Origin: Nemertoderma westbladi
Taxonomy: Eukaryota; Animalia; Xenacoelomorpha
Assembly (NCBI GenBank): GCA_032718475.1
Contig: JAUCBJ010007011.1
Span: forward strand, 8,312-72,311
DNA: 64,000 nucleotides
Direction: 5' to 3'
A program made the translations under genes and the position numbers. Numbering within the stretch: the first letter of the stretch is position 1; each line of letters begins with the position of its first letter. Positions 23,258 through 33,486 of the stretch are shown here, in pieces. Under the pieces are notes generated by a model. The model was not told the origin of the DNA and did not search any database. It saw only the letters and a program-made list of their open reading frames with translations.

Positions 23258-23489
23258 GTTCTCAATTCTGTTACGTATGATTTTTTGAAAACGTAAATAT
23301 AAATATGTCGTTTATTCCACAGTTAGAACATTACTTAAACACGTTTAATATAAAATATGTAGCATATCACATTTACAACTGTACATTCAATATACAGGAG
23401 GAAGTAATGTACAGTATAGTTTACCAGCATTGTACTGTAAACAAGTTATTTTCTCGAAAAAATGTGTTTCCCTGACAAAAAGACTGACT

Positions 23490-23805
23490 AGTTTTTACAA
23501 ACATCAGAAACTGACATCGGAAATGAAATCAGCGACCAGGAAAACCCCCATAGCTAAACTTTTAGCTACTGCAAGTCGAGTGTTTTATTATATTTTGACG
23601 GGCAAACAAACAGACAGACAGAAGGGCAGACAGGCATACTTAAAAATATTTTGCCAAACTGGAAAACTGACATCAGTAATGAAATCAACGACACGAAATC
23701 CCTCGTATTCAAAATTCCAGCTGTCCGCTTCCTTAAAAACATTCATAAATGACTATTTTAGTGAATTCGTATTGGCAGAGACATAAGTTTTTGCGCGGGA
23801 AAGTA
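23490..23805. repeat. Degenerate intronic repeat: two ~150-bp-spaced imperfect units and an (ACAG)n tract (Helentron/DINE-like, tentative)
   Basis: GAAACTGACATCGGAAATGAAATCAGCGAC (~23507) vs AAAACTGACATCAGTAATGAAATCAACGAC (~23663); ACAAACAGACAGACAG between them. Confidence 0.35.
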
Positions 23806-23959
23806 CACTATACTGTATTACACGTACTCGTTGCAAAGTATTTATTTATATTCCATAATAACTATTGCAAAGTCTCTGGCAAAACAATTAACACGGAGAT
23901 GCGGCGTACAACATGAGCAGTATATAAAATGACGTTTTTCATTTTAATTGTATTTTCAG

Positions 23960-24330
23960 ATGAGATTCGAGTGAATAAGATAATTGGTATTCCATCGGAG
24001 CACCTTGAATGTAACGGAGGACCACCTGTACAGACGGACGCTAGGCCAATCAGCGCCGCCATGCGGCTAGCACTGCGGCGAACTCGCAGAATACGGTCGG
24101 CCTCGGAACCGAAACCACAACGCTTCACCCTGCGCTCGGCCCCGCAATCCTCCGGGTTTACTAAGTCGCCCAAGGTTGAAGGCGGTCGGACTATCCGGAG
24201 CGCGCTAGCGGGACCCCAGCGGGGGGACCGGAGACACCGATCGGTTACTATATCGGTGGAATCGGTGGAAGGTGATTCGGTTTGTGTTCGGGAAGAGGAA
24301 GGGAATTATACTGTTGTCTTTGATGGATAG
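23960..24330 (+). CDS. ANKAR: ANKAR-like terminal coding exon (DEIRVNKIIGIPSEHLECNGGPP...)
   Basis: TTTCAG acceptor is phase-compatible with the previous exon (G|AT = Asp); compare ANKAR GLPSLSLEKNGGP; stop TAG at 24330. Confidence 0.82.
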
Positions 24331-25251
24331 CTCGGTTCGATAGGATCAAACGAAACCCATCAGCTAACAGTACTGTAGGCCTATTATATAAATTTATTAC
24401 ATTAATTATAATGACTTTCTATTTAAATATAGTACAAACATTTTCTCATATTGCCATTCAAAGAAAAAATTATACAGTACTGTAGGATATAATTATATGA
24501 TATTATTAATGCCAATACGTTTTAATTAAATGTATCTTACAGTATAATGATAACTATTATTTTCCAATTATTTTATATCCTTATTTACAAACAATATATT
24601 TATCGCTTACTAAATGGAACCATATTTATTAGTAATTCCAATTGTTTGTTTATGACACTCATAACTTCTAACAGATCTGATGAAAAATATTAACCTAAAT
24701 AAGTTGTTTTCGCCTTGAGCGCGTCGTAGAGATTCGTTTCGTTTGTGATATTATAGGCAACACTGTCAATCATCAACTCGGTAGTTATTTGCTTGTTATC
24801 TTTTTTTCCTTTCATAATATGGATATTAATCTCCTAGTACCTACATACAAACTAAGGTATATAGAAAGTAGCTTAAAATCTAAGTAAATGTTAAGTTGTA
24901 GTAACAAAGCCAACATCACACTTGATGTTCGAAATGTATTGTAAAATAACAAATTGTTAATACTGTACCTGTTATGAAGATACAGTAATATATTATAAGT
25001 CAAACATAACTATATTTAGATGATAGTGTGCAAAATAGTACTTTACATGATTACAGCAGGACATGGATTAGGCCACCTTTTCCTGAGGGAAATACAGAAG
25101 GATGCTGTATTTTAAAAAAATATTGATAACTCTTGTATCAAGTGATACGGGCACCGGGTGTGTGTGTAACATTAATGTTCTCTGAACCATTCTACAGTAT
25201 TTAAAAACTTTGTCGAAAACTAATTATTTTATTGTTTTGGTTAGATTCAGC

Positions 25252-25292
25252 CATGATCTACTAAAGATAACTAATACCTTTAGTAGGTCATG
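25252..25292. mobile_element. 41-bp P-element-like mini-MITE
   Basis: TIRs CATGATCTACTAAAG / CTTTAGTAGGTCATG (14/15 match), 11-bp spacer, 7-bp TSD ATTCAGC (25245-25251, 25293-25299). Confidence 0.72.
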
Positions 25293-26469
25293 ATTCAGCC
25301 CATCTGTAACCTGGGTTTTTAGTGAAAATCTGGTATTTTTCACATGGGGTAAACTGTAAATTGAAATATAACAAGCAGCTGAAATTCTGACATTTCTTCT
25401 TCACACGGGCCAATTTTCAGGTAAAATTAGTGAAAAATTGTTTTTAACTAATTTTCAGGAAAATTAGTTCAAAAGGTTAGAATAATTAATTCACTAATTA
25501 TTGTTAAAAATATTAGTGAGAAATATATTAAACTATTAATAGTAATGAAGTAATCGACCACTTTATTACAGTTCTCGTATCTTATAATCAAATCCACGCT
25601 AATATTTTGAAACGACTGAACATTATAAATCCAATAAAACGGGCGATATCCTGAAACCAAATTAATAGGTCCAGCCCAGTAATCGAATAACATACAGACA
25701 GATTAAAAACTGAAACAACGTCCAAGCTAGCTGGTACCGGTACCGATCGGAGATGCCCTAGAAGATGAGTATGTAAGTAGGGTACTAATAAAATAATACG
25801 GCCTACTACAGTACTAAATTTTTTTTTTTTTTTTTTTTTTTTTGGGACTGTTACTGATGTATATTGGATTGAGACAAATACAAACAATAAAAAAACCAAC
25901 ACAAAACAAACAATGGCTGTAATACCCACCACCGGGAAACAATCATACTTTAAAAATATCTTTTAGGTAGGAGTGGGAAAAGTCCAACAATATATTATTT
26001 ACAGGTTTATTAGGCTACAGTACTAAATGTTCTCATCGCACTACAGCACTACCAGACTACTGTACTACTGTCAGACATAACACTACATCACTAGGTTATT
26101 ACCGGTTGCGCCGGTCTTGGCTCAATGCAGTTTCAGGTACCCACACTTTTTCTTACTTGTACTGCAGTGATGTTGCAAACCACCTTTTGTCAGACAGTTA
26201 CCGGTACACTATCATACTGCCATAATAGGCCTATGATAACCATTTATTCTTGTAAAGATGGTTTGGTTTATTATTTTGGTTCGGGTTAGTTGGTCAGGTC
26301 TCAACCCTAATTAAAACTGTAATGTAACCCGAAGTCATAATCTAAGAAATGTAGCGGAATTTCTGACATTATTACCATAAGGATAAGGCCCGACAGCCCG
26401 AAGGGCCGTTAATGGACATCTGGACATGGTTAATGGAATAGTAGTCGACACCATCTGACCATGTGGGCT

Positions 26470-27675
26470 CATATCAGAAACAACTTATTGATTTCCAACC
26501 AACAATATGGATTTCAGAAAGGTCGCTCTTGTCAGGTTGTTCACTCCAATTACTAGACGTTATAGGCAGATAGGCCTATTCAACTGGTCGCTTGCGCTTG
26601 ACAACCATCAATGTATAGACTGATAGATGTGGCATACTTAGACTTCTCCAAAGCATTTGACGCTGTCCCCCACACCCATTTACTACGCAAGTTGGAATCT
26701 ATTGCTGTATTGGTATCAGTGGAAACCTGTTACTTTGGATCGCTAACTTTCTCAGCGATCGGTACCAACGTGTTGTGGTAGAAGGAGAGGCGTCAGATTG
26801 GCTACCTGTTACCAGCGGTGTCCCTTAAGGTAGTGTTGCTGCCGTTTCTATTATTCTTGTCATTCGTAAATGATGTTCCATCACTTATAAACCAGCTTCT
26901 GTAACTATGCTGACGATATTAAGGACTCTTGCATATTCAACATATCTCCAAAAACATCTACTGGACCACTGCAATCTGATCTGAACATCCTGTTTAACTG
27001 GAGCGTTGTCTGGCAACTTGGCTTTAACTTAAAAAAATGCAAGGTCATGCACTTGGGCCACAAAAATCCCGAATTCCCTTACGAAATTGGCAGCCACACG
27101 CTAGCAGTCACAGATTGTGAAAAGCACCTTGGTGTCACGTTCCAGAATAATCTCTCCTTCCACGTGTATATAGCTACAATACAATAGTTAAGAAAGCGAA
27201 CCGTGCTCTTGGCCTAATCAGTCGCAGTTTCCACTGTATGGTCACCCCATCAAATTGGCGAAATATGACTTTTAGAGTCGATTCAACGCCGGGCTACGAG
27301 ACTCCTACCTTCTCTTGCGGCGACCTGCCGTATCCAACCAGACTCAAGCGACTCGGTCTGCCAACACTCGAGTACCGCCGTCTCCGTGCCGATCTAATAC
27401 AAGTTTACCGCTATCTGTCGGGGCTCGAGGCAGTTGACTGGAGCGGAAAACTCACACTGTCATCCACTGGTCTCCGTGGACATTCACGAAAACTGGTGAA
27501 GCCGCGCGCGCGTCTGTTGGTACGCAACACTACCTTCCACTTTACAGGGTTGTTGATCGTGGAACTCACTAACTGACCCCGCGGTTACCGCACCGACCAT
27601 AAACTCCTTCAAAGCGAGGCTGAACGACCATTTTAAGGGCCATCATTTGAAATTTACTCCTTCATGTCTAACATA
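26470..27675 (+). pseudogene. Decayed CR1-clade LINE reverse transcriptase and C-terminus
   Basis: Frameshifted or stopped motifs QQYGF, YLDFSKAFDAVPH, FLSDRYQRVVVEGEASDWLPVTSGVP*GSV, NYADD, KCKVMHLG, RLKRLGLPTLEYRRLRADLIQVY. Confidence 0.85.
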
Positions 27676-28338
27676 AAACTTTTTATACATTCATGTACAA
27701 TTAATTTTGTGATCATCTGATTAACTTGATCCAGCATAATAGTTTTTTATATAAATTTATATATATATTTTACTGATGTCTTATTCCGTTTTTACGTTTT
27801 ATCATTTTAAACCTTTTATACTTTTTAAATTTTTACTTTGTCCTGTTTGCACTTTAACTCTATTAATATACTTATTTGTTCCTCATGGTTGTATTCCGTT
27901 TTTCATTCTTTTTTAATAATTATAATTAATCTATGGTTGTTATCTTACATTCTATAGACCTCCTTTGTCTTTATGTTTGTATCTAGTTTTTCATTTCATT
28001 TGTTAAATTGTTGTATATATGATCGTTATGTGATCGTTGTGATATGTTGAATCTTGTCTTATTGGTCTTTCCGACGGTTATATTGAATGATTTTAGTAGT
28101 TTTTTTTAGATTATTTTTCATGTTCGAACCTTTTAGTCATAGTTTCACTTATTTTTATTGTTAATTTTACTTTCACAATCACAGATAGGGGGGGGGGGGG
28201 GGGGGGGAACTGGACGCAATAAATATTCATCCCTCTCCAGGGGAAATTGGACGAAAATAACAGCTGATTACTCTCAAAAATAAAACTGAACCTGTTCTAT
28301 TGTGTTTAGTTTATTGTTTTGGTTAAAATAACGTGTCA

Positions 28339-31300
28339 AGGTCAGGTCAGGTCCCCAGATCCTGCTACCACTATGGCAGTAATGTGGTACTACCTGTAGC
28401 TGTCAGCCCAGTAGGGCAGGCCCGATAAGCATAGCCTATTCATTATTTAGTTGATCAAGAGTGGGTTGGTTCAGCCCCGTCAACTAAATAAGTCACTGAG
28501 GGCTATAGCGCCTAGGGCACCATTGAAGGCAAAGGCTTGATACGCATCTGCATTTGAGATGATACAAGCCCCGCCCTGTCTATACTGGATGCTCCTCTAC
28601 CAGTGTTAGGTAACCTAACCCAGGAGGCACACTTGGTTCAGGGTGTAACAAATGGACCCCTACAGTCGGCAGCAGGGCTGTAGGCCATGGATAGGCGGAA
28701 GGTAATCAACCAACGGCTAGACATGCTGACAAGGTCGGCGGAAGGTAATCAACCAACGGCGACCTACTGCAAAGACGCTTGTAGGAGTTGCGACCACAAG
28801 CGGTTTACCCCCGCAACTGAAAGATATGAATATGAGAACCCTCCAGGAGAAATACCGGCTCGGTTGTCGCCCGGGTCAACAAGGACCGCGTCCCTCAGTG
28901 GTACACCAGGCTGGGGTCGATAAATTGGCTACTGGAACAGAAGACAGAAGAAAGAAGAACCAACCTGTTGAAATGTAAAAAGACACTAACGATTGCTACA
29001 ATGAACGCACGCACGCTGAAAGCACAGAGCAAACAGGGTGACATGGTCGCTCTGGCAATGGAATATAACATCGACATCATCTGAATCCAAGAACATCGGA
29101 TTTGTCATGAAGACACTGCCATGAAGTACAATGACATTGGAAATGGATGGACGTTAGTAACAAGCTCAGCAGTAAGAAACTCGGCCAATGCATCAATTGG
29201 TGGAGTAGGAATTCTGCTAAGCCCATCTGCACTTAAGACCCTAAACAACATCGAATCTATAAATTCCAGGGTTATGATCGCAACATTTGATGGGAATCCC
29301 AAGACAACAGTTATATGTTGCTACAGTCCAACCAATGCATCAGAGCCAGAACAAGCAGTCAAGTTTTATGAAGAACTGACTGGACTTATTAAGGACATCC
29401 CGAAACACAATGTTAAAGTCATTGCTGGTGACCTGAATGCGCAAATTGGCCCAGAAGACATCAAGGGTTACACCTATAACACCAGTTCTAACAGAAATGG
29501 GTACTTACTCTTAGACCTAATGGAAGAATGTGAATTGATACCAACAAACAACACATTCGAAAAGAGTAAGGGGAAGCTATGGACCTTTCAATACCCTAAT
29601 GGAACCAAAGCACAACTGGATTACATCCTTATAAACAAAAAGTGGAGAAATAGCATGATCAACTGCGAGGCATACAGCTCGTTCAACCTAATTGGTTCGG
29701 ACCACAGAATTGTGACTGCAGAGATCAGACTCAGTTTGAGAGCCAGCAAACCCAGGACAAGCAAGCAAATCAACTATGACTGGGAGAAACTCAGAACTGA
29801 CAATGCTGTAAAGGATGCTTATACAGTAGAAGTTCAAAACCGCTTTGAAGCACTTCAGTCAATGGATGAAGACCAATCCACCGATTCAATATACCAGAAT
29901 ATAATAACAGCCCACAAGGAATCAGCTAAGAGGCATATCCCCCAGAAACCTAAACGAAAACAGTATGTGCCATGGCAAAACTCTGAGGTTACTTGTAAGA
30001 GAGAAGATCTTAAGATAGCCTACAAAGTTAAAACCGAACAACCAACAACCGAAAACATTAACAAGGTTGAGAAAGCTAAGGACGATCTTAAATTGGCCTA
30101 CAACATCAGCCAGGAAAAGTACATACAGGATAAAACTGAAGCAATTACAACTGCTCACATACAGCAACAATCAAGACTTACCTGGCAAACTGTAAATGAG
30201 GTATCTGGTCGGAAAAGTTGTGCAAAGGGGCGCCTCAAAGCCGATAGTCCTGAAGAACGTGTTGGGAAGTGGAAAAATCACTTCAGCAACTTGCTTGGGC
30301 AGCCACCAAACATCGAGGTCAGCCCTACAAGGAAAATATATGACAAGACACTACCTATAGAAACAGGGGACTTCACACCTGCCGAACTCCAAAGAAGCAT
30401 TAAAAGCATGTCCAATAATAAAGCGAGTGGATTAGATGAAATCCCAGCGGAGGTATGGAAAACCGGAGTGCTAAATAGACCATTATTGAATGTTTGCAAC
30501 CGGATGTTAAAAGGGGAAAAGCCACCACCAATTTGGACTAAAGGTCAACTAAAGCCTCTCCCCAAGAAAGGAGACCTCGGCATACCAACAAACTATCGTG
30601 GGATCTGTCTGCTTGTGGTAGCTGCCAAAATATACAATAAAATGATTCTATATAGGATTAGGCCTCACATAGAGAAACTACTGCGTAAGAGCCAAAACGG
30701 ATTTCGACCAAGTAGATCAACAATAGCTCAGATACTTGCACTACGGAGACTGATTGAAGGAATCAAGTCAAAGAATCTCCCCGCAGTCATGACTTTTGTG
30801 GACTTCAAGAAGGCATTCGACTCCATCCATAGAGGTAAAATGCTTGAAATCCTAAGAGCTTATGGAATACCAGAAGTAATTGTTGCTGGCATTGGATTGC
30901 TATATTGTGACACAGAAGCGCAGGTACTCTCACCAGATGGTGAAACTGAGTTTTTCTCAATCCTGGCTGGCGTACTGCAAGGTGACACATTAGCACCACT
31001 ACTATTTGTAATTGTGCTGGATTACGCAATGAGGACGGCCACAAAGGGTGAAGATCTGGGATTCACACTTCAAGAACGCAGAAGTAGTAGATATCCGGCA
31101 ACTACAGTCACAGACACCGACTTTGCGGATGACATCGCCCTGCTCTCTAATACGCTAGCAGATGCACAGCTTCTACTAAATAAAGTGGAGAGGGCTGCTA
31201 AGGAGGTTGGATTGCATATAAATGCTACCAAGACCGAATTCATGACCTTTAATGTTGATGGAAACTTGACAACCATTGATAATAATCAACTAAGGCAGGT

Positions 31301-31874
31301 CGATGACTTCCAGTACCTTGGATCATGGATAGAGAGTAGCAAAAAGGACATAGAAGTTAGGAAAGCAAAGGCTTGGGTAGCTCTATCAAAAATGGATACC
31401 ATCTGGAAATCAGATCTCTCCAGGCACCTGAAGACCAAGTTCTTTCGAGCCACAGTGGAAAGTGTATTTTTATACGGGGGTGAGACCTGGACACTGACTA
31501 AATCACTTGAACAACGAATTGATGGTTGCTACACAAGACTACTAAGGGCAGCCCTAAACATCAGCTGGAGACAACACATGACAAACGCCGAGCTTTATGG
31601 TACAATACCACCTGTATCAACCACCATCCGTGAACGCAGATTAAGATTCAGTGGGCACTGCTGGCGAAGTAAAGACGAGGTCATATCAGATCTACTTTTC
31701 TGGCAACCAACTCATGGAAAGCGTAGTCGTGGACGACCGGCCATAACATATATAGATCAACTTGAAAGGGATACTGAACTTAGGAGAAACGAAATTGCGA
31801 CAACTATGGAGAATCGGGAAGCCTGGAAGGATCTCATTTCCACTGTCCGAGTTCGCTCGACCTAGTAGTAGTAG
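28339..31874 (+). mobile_element. Full-length RTE-clade LINE (~3.5 kb)
   Basis: 10-bp TSD TAACGTGTCA (28329-28338, 31875-31884). (TAG)n tail directly overlapping the stop. Single EN-RT ORF after a ~600-nt 5' leader. Confidence 0.93.
29121..31865 (+). CDS. RTE APE-endonuclease/reverse transcriptase; homology extends upstream to ~28980 across an in-frame TGA at 29082-29084
   Basis: Motifs GDLNA, LDYIL, SDH (EN); QNGFR, FVDFKKAFDS, GVLQGDTLAP, FADD, YLGS (RT). The upstream frame reads TIATMNARTL..NIDII*IQEHR. Confidence 0.92.
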   Translation: MKYNDIGNGWTLVTSSAVRNSANASIGGVGILLSPSALKTLNNIESINSRVMIATFDGNPKTTVICCYSPTNASEPEQAVKFYEELTGLIKDIPKHNVKVIAGDLNAQIGPEDIKGYTYNTSSNRNGYLLLDLMEECELIPTNNTFEKSKGKLWTFQYPNGTKAQLDYILINKKWRNSMINCEAYSSFNLIGSDHRIVTAEIRLSLRASKPRTSKQINYDWEKLRTDNAVKDAYTVEVQNRFEALQSMDEDQSTDSIYQNIITAHKESAKRHIPQKPKRKQYVPWQNSEVTCKREDLKIAYKVKTEQPTTENINKVEKAKDDLKLAYNISQEKYIQDKTEAITTAHIQQQSRLTWQTVNEVSGRKSCAKGRLKADSPEERVGKWKNHFSNLLGQPPNIEVSPTRKIYDKTLPIETGDFTPAELQRSIKSMSNNKASGLDEIPAEVWKTGVLNRPLLNVCNRMLKGEKPPPIWTKGQLKPLPKKGDLGIPTNYRGICLLVVAAKIYNKMILYRIRPHIEKLLRKSQNGFRPSRSTIAQILALRRLIEGIKSKNLPAVMTFVDFKKAFDSIHRGKMLEILRAYGIPEVIVAGIGLLYCDTEAQVLSPDGETEFFSILAGVLQGDTLAPLLFVIVLDYAMRTATKGEDLGFTLQERRSSRYPATTVTDTDFADDIALLSNTLADAQLLLNKVERAAKEVGLHINATKTEFMTFNVDGNLTTIDNNQLRQVDDFQYLGSWIESSKKDIEVRKAKAWVALSKMDTIWKSDLSRHLKTKFFRATVESVFLYGGETWTLTKSLEQRIDGCYTRLLRAALNISWRQHMTNAELYGTIPPVSTTIRERRLRFSGHCWRSKDEVISDLLFWQPTHGKRSRGRPAITYIDQLERDTELRRNEIATTMENREAWKDLISTVRVRST

Positions 31875-32077
31875 TAACGTGTCACTGTAATCTGCTCCTT
31901 TCCCTAAATTGAGAATTTAACATTGAGGCGGGATATTAATTCGCCAAGGCGGGTTTTGCGTCGTAATTAGGCCATAGGCCTATTAATGTTAGGCCTATCT
32001 CGTATCTCGACGATGTTAATTTTATAAAATCATGTAGGCAGGTGCAGGACTACCGGTACGGTACTAACTGACTAATA

Positions 32078-33352
32078 ATGTCATTTCCTAGCGAAATATT
32101 AATCACCACCGACAGTTGCGATTCCTCCCCAAACATTAGCATCTGGGACCCTGGCAACGGTTCCCAACTGGTCACCTATAAAGGCGGGACCAGCGTGTTA
32201 CCCGGGTCTAACATCGCCGTAGTCCACGGCCAACTGCTATTAGCGGCTTCCGCTAAACAACCCTTCCTACAGGTATGGGAGCTGTCGTCCTCTAAGAAAG
32301 ACCACGGATTTGAGAGAGTACCTTGTGGTCACGTGACATCTTTAGCGGTTAGCGCGTGTTCTTCTTACACTGCCGCCGCGATTCAAGAACAGATTCAGGT
32401 TTGGGAAACTCTAAGTGGCAGACTGGTTGGGTCAGTGAGTCGTCACTACCAAGCAGTACGGTGTCTCTCCTTCACGGACGACGGGGGACATTTAATCAGC
32501 GGTGCCGACGATAACCTGGTTATCGCGTGGCCGTTGTACCGACTAGTAACCAAGGAGATTGGTGCCAGCGAGCGCAACCAAGCCCGCTGGACGTGGGCGT
32601 CCCATTCGCTGCCTGTAACCGCGTTGCGATGTCGGGAGCAGCGGGTGGCGTCCGCTTCGTTGGACGCCACCGTCAGGTTGACCTGTCTGCGTACCGGCGT
32701 GCAACTCGCTAGGTTCCTATTCGACAGCCCCGTTACCGCGGTAACTATAGACTCAGCGCAACGCCATCTAGCGGCCGGGGACGAAGGCGGCAACTTGTAT
32801 TTAGTTTGTCTTTATTCGGGGAATCATGCCGCCGCCGCTGGGGGCGTCGTGGCTCAAAGCGAATCTCCTCGGTTTGTTGGGCACAGACTGCGGATAACCG
32901 GGGTGTCTCTGAGCGCGGACGGACGTTGGTTGGTCAGCGGGAGCGACGACCGCACCGCTAGAGTGTGGGACCTCCACAGTCGGCAGTGTCTCCGCGTTCT
33001 GGAACATAAAGGGCCGGTTACCAACGTGCTGTTGTTGTTGACCCCGTCGGTATTCTCGCGTCCCGCAGTCGTCGGGGTCCGAATCCCGCGGCTCCACGGC
33101 GGTGTCTCCGACGCGAGGGACCTCGTTACGGTCCCGTTCGGCGTCGGTCCGCCGAGCGGGTGGTTCGAGGAGCCGATCGAGACCGACTCGGATGATCGAC
33201 TCGTCGACTCGGTTAAACCCGAGGAATCTTCGTCGCTCCTCGCGGCGGAATATAAGGCGGAAGTGGAGCGGTTGAAACGAATTAACCAGCGGCTGTTTAC
33301 CTTTAAAGCGGCGCAAATATTACAAACTGAAAGTGAATCTAATGATAGTTAA
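32078..33352 (+). CDS. WDR18: WD repeat-containing protein 18 (IPI3; rixosome / pre-60S factor), single exon, 424 aa
   Basis: Motifs IWDPGNGSQLVTYKGG, VWETLSGRL, RHYQAVRCLSFTDDGGHLISGADDNLVIAW, WASHSLPVT, VASASLDATVRL and a C-terminal coiled coil VERLKRINQRLF are all typical of WDR18. Confidence 0.9.
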   Translation: MSFPSEILITTDSCDSSPNISIWDPGNGSQLVTYKGGTSVLPGSNIAVVHGQLLLAASAKQPFLQVWELSSSKKDHGFERVPCGHVTSLAVSACSSYTAAAIQEQIQVWETLSGRLVGSVSRHYQAVRCLSFTDDGGHLISGADDNLVIAWPLYRLVTKEIGASERNQARWTWASHSLPVTALRCREQRVASASLDATVRLTCLRTGVQLARFLFDSPVTAVTIDSAQRHLAAGDEGGNLYLVCLYSGNHAAAAGGVVAQSESPRFVGHRLRITGVSLSADGRWLVSGSDDRTARVWDLHSRQCLRVLEHKGPVTNVLLLLTPSVFSRPAVVGVRIPRLHGGVSDARDLVTVPFGVGPPSGWFEEPIETDSDDRLVDSVKPEESSSLLAAEYKAEVERLKRINQRLFTFKAAQILQTESESNDS

Positions 33353-33486
33353 AATTTATATTTTTAATAATAGTTAAAAAAGATGGTAACAGTGAATTTC
33401 AATTATTTCGCAGTTGTTTATCTGTTTAGTTAGATTTATTATTGCCATGGGAATAGCGAGATTAGCTTTGAGACAACCAAATTATT

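Noticed and set aside
24700-24785. Possible minus-strand hammerhead ribozyme (TTGATGA...GAAAC)
   Set aside because: Core lacks the conserved C of CUGANGA and I could not build stems I/III. The satellite's minus-strand CTGATAA likewise lacks a GAAA partner.
17441-28207. Poly-G/C tracts (17441-17469, 21731-21746, 22256-22278, 28188-28207) as functional G-quadruplexes
   Set aside because: Simple homopolymers with no supporting context; lengths are unreliable in assemblies.
28339-28700. HDV-like ribozyme in the RTE 5' leader
   Set aside because: Known in some RTEs, but I could not assemble the nested double pseudoknot by eye; it needs a descriptor search.
28339-33352. WDR18 as a 3' transduction carried by the RTE
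   Set aside because: The RTE's TSD closes immediately after its tail (31875-31884), so the RTE inserted independently upstream of WDR18.
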